A program made the translations under genes and the position numbers. Shown here in pieces: positions 27,587 through 37,415 of a stretch of DNA of 64,000 bases. This stretch comes from Collinsella sp. (GTDB lineage: Bacteria > Actinomycetota > Coriobacteriia > Coriobacteriales > Coriobacteriaceae). Positions within the stretch are counted from its first letter, which is position 1, and every line of letters begins with the position of its first letter. The notes beneath the pieces were generated by a model that was not told the DNA's origin, ran no database searches, and worked only from the letters and a program-made list of their open reading frames with translations. The DNA lies in NCBI GenBank assembly GCA_048375035.1, contig DBGEDL010000056.1, positions 1,298-65,297 of the forward strand. Direction: 5' to 3'.

Positions 27587-28414
27587 CTATGCGCGCGTCA
27601 ACGACGACTCGATGGCCTGAACTAGAAACGCCGTGGCTCCGGTGCCGCAGGGCTTGTCGTAGTAGTCGATAAAGCGCTGATCGGCAAGATAGCCGTGGGC
27701 GAGGCCCAGGTGTGCTTCGTCCTGGGGTTCGCGTCCCCAGTTGAGACCAATCCAACGACGATGCATCGCGACAAGCTTGCGAGCCTCGTTTCCGTCCGCA
27801 TCGCCGTCACTCATGGCAATCGAGAGCTGACCCAGAATAGCGCGTTCAAGTTCCTTCATGTCGGTCCATGTCTGAGGATCCATGTCCAGTAACGTTTCGT
27901 TTGCTGCATCGATAGCCTCATCGCCATAGCGCGCCCGCGCCTCGGCGCCGTAGCGCTCTTCGTTTTCCTGCACGGTGTGCCAGCGCTCCAGTTGCGGCAG
28001 GACGGCGCCCATGAGCGAGACGGCTTCGTCGAGCGACATGCCGGTGTTTTGCGCCAGCCGCGGGGCACAATCCTCAATCATCGCCTCCATGGTGGTGTCG
28101 TAGGTGTACTTGCCGTGGTCGTAGCACCACTTGCAGTAATGGTCGGTCGTGGCGCCCGTGGCGTCGGTGCCGCAGTCGTCGGGCGTGAGTATCATGCCGC
28201 AGCTCTGGCAATAATGCTCGGGCATTTCGAGCAGGTGAGACAGGGGTTCGCCGGTTACGGCGGCGATGAGCTTCATCATGTCGATGCCCGGGGTGACTTC
28301 GCCGCGCTCCCAACGGCTGACGGCTTGGCGTGTGACGAAGAGCTTGGCGGCGAGCTGCTCTTGGGTAAGGTGATGGGCGCGACGGATGGCAATGAGCTTT
28401 TCTGCAAAGGCCAT
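27587..28414 (-). CDS. XRE-type HTH / zinc-ribbon / TipAS-like domain regulator
   Basis: N-terminus LIAIRRAHHLTQEQLAAKLFVTRQAVSRWERGE. CQSCGM..YCKWCY zinc ribbon. The C-terminal ~130 aa resemble the TipAS antibiotic-recognition domain by eye. AAAGGAG RBS. Confidence 0.8.
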   Translation of the reverse strand: MAFAEKLIAIRRAHHLTQEQLAAKLFVTRQAVSRWERGEVTPGIDMMKLIAAVTGEPLSHLLEMPEHYCQSCGMILTPDDCGTDATGATTDHYCKWCYDHGKYTYDTTMEAMIEDCAPRLAQNTGMSLDEAVSLMGAVLPQLERWHTVQENEERYGAEARARYGDEAIDAANETLLDMDPQTWTDMKELERAILGQLSIAMSDGDADGNEARKLVAMHRRWIGLNWGREPQDEAHLGLAHGYLADQRFIDYYDKPCGTGATAFLVQAIESSLTRA

Positions 28415-28546
28415 AGCGGCTCCTTTCTGCTGGTTGATAGCTTAAGCATACGCGGCGGCAGGCACCCTTCCAAGCAACCGTTGGTTGCACGACTGCGGAC
28501 CGCGGCGAAGAATTGCGCGCAACGCCCCGCGCCTCCATGCCGTACA

Positions 28547-29293
28547 ATGACCGGCATGGAACCTATCGCACACATACATACCGACCTGCCGCAGAAGTTC
28601 GGCATTCCGCGCAACAGCTTTTTGGCGCCCCATCTGCAGGGACGCATCGTTTTTGAGCCGGAATTTGCCTCCAATGCAGCGGTTGAGGGTTTGGACTCCT
28701 TCTCTCACCTGTGGCTGCTGTGGCGCTTCGAAAACGGAACGCCCGGCGGCACGGCTAAGGACATAGCTGCCGATGCCAAGTCGCAGGACAGGTCCGGCAC
28801 CAACGTCAAGTGGTCGAAGACCGTGCGTCCGCCGCGTCTGGGCGGAGCCGAGCGCGTGGGTGTCTTTGCCACGCGCAGTCCGTTTCGCCCTAATCCCATC
28901 GGGCTCACCTGCGTTAAGCTCGACCGCGTGGAGCTTACCGACGACGGCCCCATCATCCATGTGCTGGGGGCCGATCTGCGCGACGGCACGCCCATCTACG
29001 ATATCAAGCCCTACATCCCGTTTGCGGACTGCCACCCGGATGCGACCGGCGGCTGGATTGAGGGTGCTCCGTGGCAAGAGCTCGATGTTGAGTTTCCACA
29101 AGCGCTGCAGGATATGGTCCCGCCCGCAAAGCTCCCCGGCTTGGTCGAGGTCCTTTGCCAAGATCCGCGCCGCGCGGGCAGCAAGCACGAGCCAAACCGC
29201 GTTTACCACTTAGCTTATGCTGGGCTCGACATATCTTTTACGGTCGATAAAACCCAGCTAACCGTAGTCGCCGTCAACGACGCGCAAGACTAA
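28547..29293 (+). CDS. trmO: tRNA (t6A37) methyltransferase TrmO/TsaA family
   Basis: ORF 27977..29293 trimmed to ATG 28547 (28556 is also possible). IAHIHTDLPQKFGIPRNS..HLWLLWRF..FATRSPFRPNPIGLT..DGTPIYDIKPY. Confidence 0.85.
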   Translation: MTGMEPIAHIHTDLPQKFGIPRNSFLAPHLQGRIVFEPEFASNAAVEGLDSFSHLWLLWRFENGTPGGTAKDIAADAKSQDRSGTNVKWSKTVRPPRLGGAERVGVFATRSPFRPNPIGLTCVKLDRVELTDDGPIIHVLGADLRDGTPIYDIKPYIPFADCHPDATGGWIEGAPWQELDVEFPQALQDMVPPAKLPGLVEVLCQDPRRAGSKHEPNRVYHLAYAGLDISFTVDKTQLTVVAVNDAQD

Positions 29294-29404
29294 CCAGTCA
29301 TTCGTCTGAACCCGTCAAATTAAGCGCCAAACCCCATGCCAAAACCGCCCACGCTGGTGGACAATAACGCCTACCAAAACAATCACTTTGCACGGGGGCT
29401 CAGC

Positions 29405-30619
29405 ATGAAATACGACTTTAGCTCGCTTATCGACCGCCACGGCATGGACTCCATCGCCGTTGACTCCTGGGGCGAGATCCCCGGTATGGCTCCGAACGCA
29501 CCCGACGAGGGCTTCGACCGCATTCCCATGTGGGTGGCCGACATGAATTTTGCTACGGTGCCCACGGTTCAGGAGTACATCATCAAGCGCGCTCAGCACC
29601 CCATGTTTGGCTACTTCAATCCGCGTCCCGAGTACTTCGACCACATCATCGAATGGCAGAGCCGTCGCAACGGCGTTGAGGGCTTGGCGCCGGAGCATAT
29701 CGGCTACGAAAACGGCGTGCTGGGCGGTGTCGTGTCGACGCTGCGCGCGTATGTCCAGCCAGGCGATGCGGTGCTGGTCCACAGCCCTACCTACATCGGC
29801 TTTGCCAAGTCCATCGAGGCCGCGGGCTATCGCATTGTCCACAGCCCGCTTAAGCTCGACGACCAGGGCGTGTGGCGTATGGACTTTGAGGACATGGAGC
29901 GCAAGCTCGCCCAAAACCACATCCATGCCGCGGTGTTCTGCTCGCCGCATAATCCCTGCGGCCGCGTATGGGAGCGCGACGAGATCGAACGTGCCATGGA
30001 CATCTATCGACAGCACGATTGCGTGGTGATATCGGACGAGATTTGGTCCGATATCATCCTGCCGGGTCACAAGCATATCCCGACGCAGTCGGTGAGCGAG
30101 GATGCCCGCATGCGCACGGTTGCCCTCTACGCGCCGAGCAAGACGTTTAACCTGGCGGGCCTGGTCGGCAGCTACCACATCATCTACAACGAGACGCTGC
30201 GCGACCGCGTGTGCGCCGTGTCCGACAAGACCCACTACAACGAGATGAACGTCCTCTCCATGCATGCGCTTATCGGTGCCTACCAGCCGCAGGGCTACGA
30301 GTGGGTGGACGAGCTCAACCAGGTACTTGCCGGCAATATCGAGTACTTCTGCGATTACGTGGACGAGCATTTTGAGGGCGTGTTCTATTCACGTCCGCAG
30401 GGCACCTACATGGTGTTTCTGGACTGCACCGAGTGGTGCCGCGAGCATGGCCGCGATATTCAGTGGTTGCTCGATGAGGGTGCCCGCGTGGGCGTTGGCT
30501 ATCAGGACGGCCGCCCGTTCCACGGACCCTGCCACATTCGCGTGAATCTGGCGCTGCCGCTTTCGCGCGTAAGGGAGGCGTGCGACCGCCTGGACCGCTA
30601 CGTTTTTAATGCACGGTAA
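29405..30619 (+). CDS. MalY/PatB-type PLP-dependent C-S lyase (aminotransferase class I/II)
   Basis: ORF trimmed to ATG 29405. MKYDFSSLIDRHGMDSIAVD..MWVADMNF..YAPSKTFNLAGL. Confidence 0.85.
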   Translation: MKYDFSSLIDRHGMDSIAVDSWGEIPGMAPNAPDEGFDRIPMWVADMNFATVPTVQEYIIKRAQHPMFGYFNPRPEYFDHIIEWQSRRNGVEGLAPEHIGYENGVLGGVVSTLRAYVQPGDAVLVHSPTYIGFAKSIEAAGYRIVHSPLKLDDQGVWRMDFEDMERKLAQNHIHAAVFCSPHNPCGRVWERDEIERAMDIYRQHDCVVISDEIWSDIILPGHKHIPTQSVSEDARMRTVALYAPSKTFNLAGLVGSYHIIYNETLRDRVCAVSDKTHYNEMNVLSMHALIGAYQPQGYEWVDELNQVLAGNIEYFCDYVDEHFEGVFYSRPQGTYMVFLDCTEWCREHGRDIQWLLDEGARVGVGYQDGRPFHGPCHIRVNLALPLSRVREACDRLDRYVFNAR

Positions 30620-30763
30620 GTGAGCACTGCATGCGGGGCCTTCTGCCAAGTCGGCTGGAAGGTCCCACACGGTAAAGCGCCTGTAACAATTGGGCACTCG
30701 TGTGGTTTTGTTTGCTATTATCTTTAACCATTTAAGTCTGTAAACAGGATCGTATGGAGCTCG

Positions 30764-31633
30764 ATGAAAAGATCCCGTCGCTCGGTTGCCATTTCGTTGT
30801 TTGTTGCGCTTGCAGTGGCGAGCGTCTTTGTCGTAGCGATAGCTGGCTGCTCCGGGTCGAATGACGGAGCCTCGACGTCTGCATTAGAAGGTCTGGACGC
30901 CTCGCAAGTCAAAGACGACGACCTTAAGACGCTCAACGTCGGAAGCGACCTCTATCCACCGTTTGTGTATACCGACGAGTACGGCGATATCGTTGGCCTG
31001 GATGTCGAGATATTGACCGAGGCTTTGGCTCGCATTGGTTACAAGCCAAAATACCAGCTGATCGACTGGGAAAAGAAGAAGGAGCTGCTGGCGAGCGGCG
31101 AACTCGATTGTGTCATGGGCAGCTTTAGTATGACGGGTCGCGAAAACGAATATCGTTGGGCCGGCCCGTACCTTGCGAGCCGCCAGGTGGTCGCGGTCGA
31201 TCCCCAGAGCGATATCTACACGCTTGCCGATCTTGAGGATAAGATCGTGGCGGTTCAGTCCACCACCAAGCCCGAGGACATTTTGCTCAATCGCATAAAT
31301 GAAAACGTTCCGCAGATCAAGGAACTCTACAGCTTTTCGGACGGTTCATACCTGAACCCGGCGCTCGTCGAGGGCCTGGTCGACGCTATCGCCGCGCATG
31401 AGTCCTCGTTCCTCACCTACGAAAAAGACTATGGTGTGACATATCGCATTTTTGATGAGCCGCTGCTAGAGGTCGGTTTGGGCACCGCTTTCGATATCAA
31501 CGATACGCGTGGCATCGACGTCAAGCTCACTCATGCCTACCAAGAAATGCTTGCCGATGGCACCATGGAACGCCTGGTGTCAAAGTACTTCGATGACCCT
31601 TCGCCATTTTTGAATATGGAGGGCCTGTCATGA
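30764..31633 (+). CDS. Family-3 solute-binding lipoprotein (amino-acid-type SBP)
   Basis: Lipobox VVAIAGCSGS and an SBP_bac_3-like body. The stop overlaps the next start (ATGA). Confidence 0.85.
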   Translation: MKRSRRSVAISLFVALAVASVFVVAIAGCSGSNDGASTSALEGLDASQVKDDDLKTLNVGSDLYPPFVYTDEYGDIVGLDVEILTEALARIGYKPKYQLIDWEKKKELLASGELDCVMGSFSMTGRENEYRWAGPYLASRQVVAVDPQSDIYTLADLEDKIVAVQSTTKPEDILLNRINENVPQIKELYSFSDGSYLNPALVEGLVDAIAAHESSFLTYEKDYGVTYRIFDEPLLEVGLGTAFDINDTRGIDVKLTHAYQEMLADGTMERLVSKYFDDPSPFLNMEGLS

Positions 31634-33822
31634 TCGATGCGCCCGACCACGCTGCTCAGGAGCGGGGCAATCGTTCGGCAGGGGCATGGCTCCTTGTCGC
31701 TCTGCTGGGGATAGCGCTCTCGGTTGTTGCCGGCATGATGAGCTACGATTACACGACGGCCCAAGCCGAGCAGCGCTTTGCCGACGTTGTCGATTACGTG
31801 GCGACGCAGAGCCTTTCCTACGATGCATTCAACAGCGCCTATACGACCAAAAACCTGATTCGCGTTATGGAGATCGCCGGAGAGGCTGCCCGCGATATGG
31901 AGCGCGACGGTTCGGTGGATAACGCCATGCTGGAGCAATACGCCGACCAGTTCAACGTGAGCGCGCTGATCGTGACGGGCGCATCGGGCAATTTGGTGTC
32001 CGAGTCCTCGACGGGCGATGTGGACTACGGGTCGCTCGCTACGTATCTCAAAGAATCACCCGTGCTGGAGGTGGCAACTCATCCGCTTAAGTCCTATACC
32101 GCCCGCATCACGCTTGCGGATGATTCGGTCGCAGACATTGGCTGCGTGACTCGGCAGGATGGCGAGGGCATCGTTATCGCGGTAAGGCATCAGAGCGCGA
32201 AAGCGGTTGCAAGCAATACACTCAAACTGCAGAGCTTGCTTGATGGCTATGAGACCATCGATAGCGGCAATATCGTGATCGAAAACGATGGCAAGGTCGT
32301 TGCGACCAATGCCGTTGAACCCACCGTATTGGGCGTGTTCGATCTGCCTGCGACGGATGTCTTTATTGTCGACGGTATTAAGGATCGATGCCTGGCTGGT
32401 AAGGTCAGATTGGTTAACGCCGACGGCGAGTGGTATTTGGGCACATTTGGAAAAGCGCACAAATTCTATGTGTACACCTATGCCTCGGCGCAGCGCTACT
32501 TTGAGGTCGCCGCGGCTGTTGCCGCCGGCGTGCTGGTGCTCTACGGCGGTGTTATAGCCGTTGTTGTGACGGTGCGTCGCCGCGCTGATCGTCGACGTTT
32601 GACGGACTTGCTGCAGCAGGAGCGCGACTATGGCGACAAGCTGGCAAAGGCGGCGCGTGAGGCCTCGTCTGCCAACTCGGCAAAGACGGAGTTTCTGCGT
32701 CGCATGAGCCACGATCTGCGCACGCCCATCAACGGCATTCGCGGCATGGTCGAGGTTGGCGATGCCAATGCGGACGATCTGCAAAAGCAGACTGAGTGCC
32801 GCTCAAAAATCTGGACGGCATCGGGACTGCTGCTCGACCTTGCCAACGAGGCGCTCGATATGAGTCGCCTGGAGAGCGGGCAGGTCGACCTGAACCTCGT
32901 GCCCATAAATTTGGTGGCCCTCAACTGTGAAGTGCGCGATATTCTGGAGCGCCAGGCCGAGGAGCGTCTGGTGACAATTATCTCCGACCAGCAGACGCTT
33001 AATCATCCCTATGCGCGGGTGAGCGTGACGCACCTCAAGCGTTTGTTGCTCAATATTGCCGGCAATGCCGTCAAGTACAACCGCCAGGGCGGCTATGTCC
33101 GCCTGGTGTGCCGCGAGGTTGAGCCAGCGGATGGCGTCCCCGTCTATGAATACACGATCGCCGACAACGGTATTGGCATGAGCGAGGAGTTCCAAAAGCA
33201 CCTCTACGAGCCGTTTTGCCGCGAGGAGCAGCAGGTGGAAAGCGCTTCGTCGGGAACTGGCCTGGGCGCGCCTATCGCAAAACAGCTGGTCGAGCTTATG
33301 GGCGGAACCATGAGCTTTACGAGTGTCTTGGGGCAGGGGACGACGTTTACCATTCGCCTGCCGTTCGAGAAGTGCGACCGCTCCGAGATTCCTCAGGCAG
33401 TTCCCGCGGATACGGGAGACGGCGATGCGCTCCAGGGCTTGCGCGTTTTGCTCGTAGAGGATAACGATCTGAATGCCGAGATCGCGCAGTTTACGCTCAG
33501 CCGTGCCGGTGCCATCGTGACGCATGCTAAGGATGGCGAGTCTGCCGTCGAGATGTTTGCCGCGAGCGCGCCGTACGAGTACGACGCGGTGTTGATGGAC
33601 ATCATGATGCCCGGCATCGATGGCCTTGAGGCCACGCGTCGGATTCGAGCACTCGATCGCGAGGATGCCGCGACCACGCCGATTGTTGCCGTGAGCGCCA
33701 ACGCCTTTGCCGACGACCGCAGGCTTTCGCGTGAGGCGGGCATGGACGCGCACCTGAGTAAACCCGTGAGCTCGCAGGAGCTCGTTGAGGCGCTAGCGCA
33801 CATAGCCGCCGATGCTTCATAA
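31630..33822 (+). CDS. Hybrid sensor histidine kinase / response regulator
   Basis: H-box RMSHDLRTPINGI, G-box GTGLGAPIAKQLVELMGG, C-terminal receiver VLLVEDNDLNAEIA..DIMMPGIDGLEA. Confidence 0.9.
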   Translation: MIDAPDHAAQERGNRSAGAWLLVALLGIALSVVAGMMSYDYTTAQAEQRFADVVDYVATQSLSYDAFNSAYTTKNLIRVMEIAGEAARDMERDGSVDNAMLEQYADQFNVSALIVTGASGNLVSESSTGDVDYGSLATYLKESPVLEVATHPLKSYTARITLADDSVADIGCVTRQDGEGIVIAVRHQSAKAVASNTLKLQSLLDGYETIDSGNIVIENDGKVVATNAVEPTVLGVFDLPATDVFIVDGIKDRCLAGKVRLVNADGEWYLGTFGKAHKFYVYTYASAQRYFEVAAAVAAGVLVLYGGVIAVVVTVRRRADRRRLTDLLQQERDYGDKLAKAAREASSANSAKTEFLRRMSHDLRTPINGIRGMVEVGDANADDLQKQTECRSKIWTASGLLLDLANEALDMSRLESGQVDLNLVPINLVALNCEVRDILERQAEERLVTIISDQQTLNHPYARVSVTHLKRLLLNIAGNAVKYNRQGGYVRLVCREVEPADGVPVYEYTIADNGIGMSEEFQKHLYEPFCREEQQVESASSGTGLGAPIAKQLVELMGGTMSFTSVLGQGTTFTIRLPFEKCDRSEIPQAVPADTGDGDALQGLRVLLVEDNDLNAEIAQFTLSRAGAIVTHAKDGESAVEMFAASAPYEYDAVLMDIMMPGIDGLEATRRIRALDREDAATTPIVAVSANAFADDRRLSREAGMDAHLSKPVSSQELVEALAHIAADAS

Positions 33823-33824
33823 GC

Positions 33825-33864
33825 ATATGGCCCGGTTCCAAGGTGGGTTGGAACCGGGCCATAT
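33825..33864. terminator. Bidirectional hairpin terminator
   Basis: ATATGGCCCGGTTCCA-N8-TGGAACCGGGCCATAT, a perfect 16-bp stem between convergent genes. Confidence 0.7.
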
Positions 33865-33891
33865 TGTTATTGATGAGGCCTGCTGAGGGGC

Positions 33892-34371
33892 TTACTTTTC
33901 TTGAATCTGCTTGCCGCAAAGATGCTCAATCGAAATCTCGTAGAGCTGGACGCCCTTGATGTCTTTGGCGATTTCCTCTTCGACTTCTTCGGCAGAAGAG
34001 TAGTACTTAAGGGCGAGCTGGCGGACTTTGTCCTCGATAAACGCGGGGGTGTCATTCGCCAGGCGACAACGGCCAAAGACGACGGTGCTCATAACGTAGG
34101 GAGCCCAGTCACCGTCCTGGTACCACTCGTTGCCGTATACGGTAAAGCAGACCTTGTCATCGCGCTTGAGTGCGTCGACCTTGTGGCCAGCTTTGGCGCC
34201 ATGGAAATAAATCTTGTCGTGCTCGGTGTCAAAGAAGTAGTTGACGGGAATGGCGTACGGGTAGCCATCGTCGCCGTTGACGGCAAAGACGCCGCGCTTG
34301 CAGGTAGCGAGCAGTTCGCGCGCTTCCTTGTCGGTGATGGCGCGTTTCTTTCGACGTAAGGGCCTAAACAT
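33892..34371 (-). CDS. Pyridoxamine 5'-phosphate oxidase family protein (Nim-like)
   Basis: ORF trimmed to ATG 34371 (AAGGAAG RBS). MFRPLRRKKRAITDKEARELL..GDDGYPYAIPVNYFF..IYFHGAKAGHKVDAL. Confidence 0.85.
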   Translation of the reverse strand: MFRPLRRKKRAITDKEARELLATCKRGVFAVNGDDGYPYAIPVNYFFDTEHDKIYFHGAKAGHKVDALKRDDKVCFTVYGNEWYQDGDWAPYVMSTVVFGRCRLANDTPAFIEDKVRQLALKYYSSAEEVEEEIAKDIKGVQLYEISIEHLCGKQIQEK

Positions 34372-34413
34372 CGTTGGCTTCCTTTCTGGTCGTGCGTGGT
34401 GGTTGAGCACAAA

Positions 34414-37224
34414 CTATAGCGAAACGGATCCGTTTTTCTTGATGCGGGCGAGTATGTTTTTGAGCTTGTTAAAGTCGAGCGGTTTGGACAGATGGGCGTT
34501 CATGCCGGCATCGTGTGCCGCCTTGGCGTCCTCGGCAAAGGCATTGGCGGTGAGCGCGATGATGGGGATATCGGCTGCATCGACCTTCTCGCTCAGACGA
34601 ATCGCGCGGGTTGCCTCATAGCCGTCCATGTCCGGCATCATAATGTCCATCAGGATCGCATCGAAGCTGCCGGCGGGATGCGACAGGTACAGATCGACGA
34701 CCTCGTTGCCGTTGGCGGCGCGGGTGACCACGACGCCCTCGGATTCTAGCAGCGTCTGGGCAATCTCGGCATTCAATTCGTTGTCTTCGGCGAGCAGCAC
34801 GTTCATGTCGGTGAGCGAGCAGTCAGGCGCACTCTCAACCGTATTCGCCCGCGCCTGGGGATTCTCGTCGATATCGAGCGGAATCTCCACGTAGAACGAG
34901 GTGCCCACATGGAGCTCACTGGTGACTTCGATGGTGCCGCCCATCAGTTCAATAAGCGACTTGACGATTGGCATGCCCATGCCGGTTCCTTGGAACCTGC
35001 TGCGCGCATCGTCGCCTTCTTGGGCAAACGGCTCATAGATATGCTTTAAAAACTTGGGAGTCATGCCAATGCCGGTATCCGAAACGCTAAAGCAAAAGAG
35101 CGCGCGCCCGTTATCGAGTGGCTTGGTCTTTGAACTAAAGGTGACGGAGCCGCCGTGCTTGTTGTACTTAATGCTGTTGTCTAACAGGTTGATCATGATC
35201 TGTCGGATATGGGTGGGACTGCCGATCATGTATGGCCCCGTGGCGTACGGCAGACTATTGTCCTGCATGGTGATGCCGTTACTGGACGCGCGGAGCTTGC
35301 ACAGAACCAGCGTATTGTCACAGAGTTCTTTGAGGTTAAAAGGCGCATGCTCCAGTGTTAGCTTGCGGTCTTCGATTTTGCCCATCTCGAGGATGTCGTT
35401 GATCAGCGAGAGCAGGTGATTGGCGGCAACGCGCGCCTTGGCACGGCTCTCGCGGGCGACCTTGATATCGCCTTCCTTCAATTCCTCAATCTCGATAAGG
35501 CCCAGGATACCGTTGAGCGGCGTACGGATGTCGTGGCTCATGCGCGTGAGGAATGCCGTCTTAGCGGCGTTGGCAGCGTCGGCTTTTTTGCGCTCGGTTC
35601 GAGCGCGCACGAGCGCCCAGATGAGCAGGACGATGCCGACCGACAACATACCGATGAGGGTAGCGGCAATGGCGGTGCGGTTGCGAAAAAGGAATTGAAG
35701 CGTGTCTGATTCCTGGGTCGTGTACGACGTGGAGGAGTAATTGCTTGCGGAGAGCGATTCTCCGGCATTGATGATGCCCTTGTTGATGATTCCCAGCAGC
35801 TCGGGCTTTCCGTGCGAAATCCAGCACGAGAGCTCACAGGTGTCAGGGAGCTCGACCGTCTCGTAGTCCTTGAGATCATGACGGTCGCCGATGGTTTTTA
35901 TGCGTGAGCTGGGAGCGACGATGCAGTGCGCCATTCCCTTCCTGAGGGCGTCGAACGCTTCATCGTCGGATTGGTATTCGGTCACGGTCGCTGTGGGGAA
36001 CAGACTTTCAAGTGCATTTTTGTTGACAAACGATGATTTGGTACAGGCGATGTTCTGAAGGTCTTTGTTCAGGTCGCTGCCGGTGTGGATGGCGGTGAGG
36101 GATATGGTCCCCAACGATACCGACTGCACAACGCCTGATTGCTCGGCAAACCAGTAATCTCGGTATACCGGCAGCACAACGTCTATGCTTCCCTTTGACA
36201 GGGCCTTTGACATCATCTTGTAGCTATCAAAGGCGACGGTTTTGACCGTAATGCCAAATTTATCGTGCAACGTCGTCGCAAGCGATGCGAGCGAGCCTTC
36301 CATTTCGCCGTTTTCGTCTTCGTTGCAGTAGGGGAGTCTGCCCGTAATGTAGCCGAGCGTGATGGTGTTGTCATTTGTTTTGAGCCAGGAACGTTCGGGG
36401 CCGTTGAGCGATGATGAACCGCTGTTTTGGGCCGAGTAGTTAGATTTGACTTCGTCGATATAGCGTGGGTTGACGCGGGCGATTGCCGACATGGCGGCAT
36501 TGATGTCGTCCATCAGGTCGGGGCGGCTTTTGGGGACGGCAAAAAAGTAGTCGCTCGAACCAATGTAGAACATGGGGGAGGCGCTGGGCGACGAGGTCGT
36601 GTCGTTCATGATGATGGCATCGACCTCGTTGTTTGCGAGCGCGTCAAAGAGGGCACCGCCAGTGTCGATTTCTTTATAGGTGCAGGTAATGCCTTCGTTG
36701 GCGAGCCACTGCTGGCCAACGAAGGTTTGCATAACGTCGGGGTTGCAGCCGATGGTAAGGCCTTGGAGCGCTCGGGGGTCACCCTTGGCCAGATCGTCGC
36801 GATCGGGCTTGGCGTAGATGAAGTAGCGCTCGGTGCCCTCGGGGTTCGAGGAAAAGAGCAGCTTTTGGGCGCGTTCCTCGGAGTAGGAGATGTTGGGCAT
36901 GAGGTCGATCTCGCCCGCCTCGAGCATGTCCATAAGCTCGGTGAAGGTGCCGGAGACGTATTCGTACCGCCAGCCGGGCGTGTAGTACGACAGAGTCTGG
37001 AGGTACTCGTAACCCCATCCCGAGAGACGCTCGCCGGGGGTGCCGTCCTGGAAGCCCTCGTTGTTGACGAGCCAGCCGACACGGACCGTTTTGACCTGCT
37101 GATCGGAGTCGGCGGCAAAGACAGGGGCGGGCGCGACGGCGCTCAGTACGGCGAGCGCGGTAAGCGCGGCGGCCAGGGTGCGACATATAACTGAACGAAG
37201 GACAGTGGCAGCTCTCACATGCAA
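34414..37224 (-). CDS. Hybrid sensor kinase with two periplasmic SBP_bac_3-like domains (BvgS/EvgS-like layout)
   Basis: Signal peptide, two SBP-like repeats, TM, H-box FLTRMSHDIRTPLNGI, G-box GTGMGMPIVKSLIELMGG, receiver VLLAEDNELNAEIA..DIMMPDMDGYEA. Start is TTG 37224 or GTG 37218. Confidence 0.9.
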   Translation of the reverse strand: MHVRAATVLRSVICRTLAAALTALAVLSAVAPAPVFAADSDQQVKTVRVGWLVNNEGFQDGTPGERLSGWGYEYLQTLSYYTPGWRYEYVSGTFTELMDMLEAGEIDLMPNISYSEERAQKLLFSSNPEGTERYFIYAKPDRDDLAKGDPRALQGLTIGCNPDVMQTFVGQQWLANEGITCTYKEIDTGGALFDALANNEVDAIIMNDTTSSPSASPMFYIGSSDYFFAVPKSRPDLMDDINAAMSAIARVNPRYIDEVKSNYSAQNSGSSSLNGPERSWLKTNDNTITLGYITGRLPYCNEDENGEMEGSLASLATTLHDKFGITVKTVAFDSYKMMSKALSKGSIDVVLPVYRDYWFAEQSGVVQSVSLGTISLTAIHTGSDLNKDLQNIACTKSSFVNKNALESLFPTATVTEYQSDDEAFDALRKGMAHCIVAPSSRIKTIGDRHDLKDYETVELPDTCELSCWISHGKPELLGIINKGIINAGESLSASNYSSTSYTTQESDTLQFLFRNRTAIAATLIGMLSVGIVLLIWALVRARTERKKADAANAAKTAFLTRMSHDIRTPLNGILGLIEIEELKEGDIKVARESRAKARVAANHLLSLINDILEMGKIEDRKLTLEHAPFNLKELCDNTLVLCKLRASSNGITMQDNSLPYATGPYMIGSPTHIRQIMINLLDNSIKYNKHGGSVTFSSKTKPLDNGRALFCFSVSDTGIGMTPKFLKHIYEPFAQEGDDARSRFQGTGMGMPIVKSLIELMGGTIEVTSELHVGTSFYVEIPLDIDENPQARANTVESAPDCSLTDMNVLLAEDNELNAEIAQTLLESEGVVVTRAANGNEVVDLYLSHPAGSFDAILMDIMMPDMDGYEATRAIRLSEKVDAADIPIIALTANAFAEDAKAAHDAGMNAHLSKPLDFNKLKNILARIKKNGSVSL

Positions 37225-37314
37225 TCCTAACGAATCGAGACATTACCGCATAAGGATACCAGCTCAGCCTGCCCAGCCGGCAGCGGCACCGCTAAACGGT
37301 TCCGCCCGGCAGTT

Positions 37315-37356
37315 GGGGACAGTCCCTTTCTGCCGGCACAAAAGGAACGTCCCTAA
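37315..37356. repeat. ~42-bp family C element (GGGGACAGTCCCTTTCTGCCGGCACAAAAGGAACGTCCCTAA)
   Basis: An inverted-orientation copy at 50952-50993 shares about 32/42 positions, including a 17-nt identical block TTAGGGACGTTCCTTTT. Confidence 0.75.
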
Positions 37357-37415
37357 CTGACGGTTGTGGGACAATACCGAGCGAACGTGATTGGTTGTCC
37401 GTGGAAGGGGTCGCG

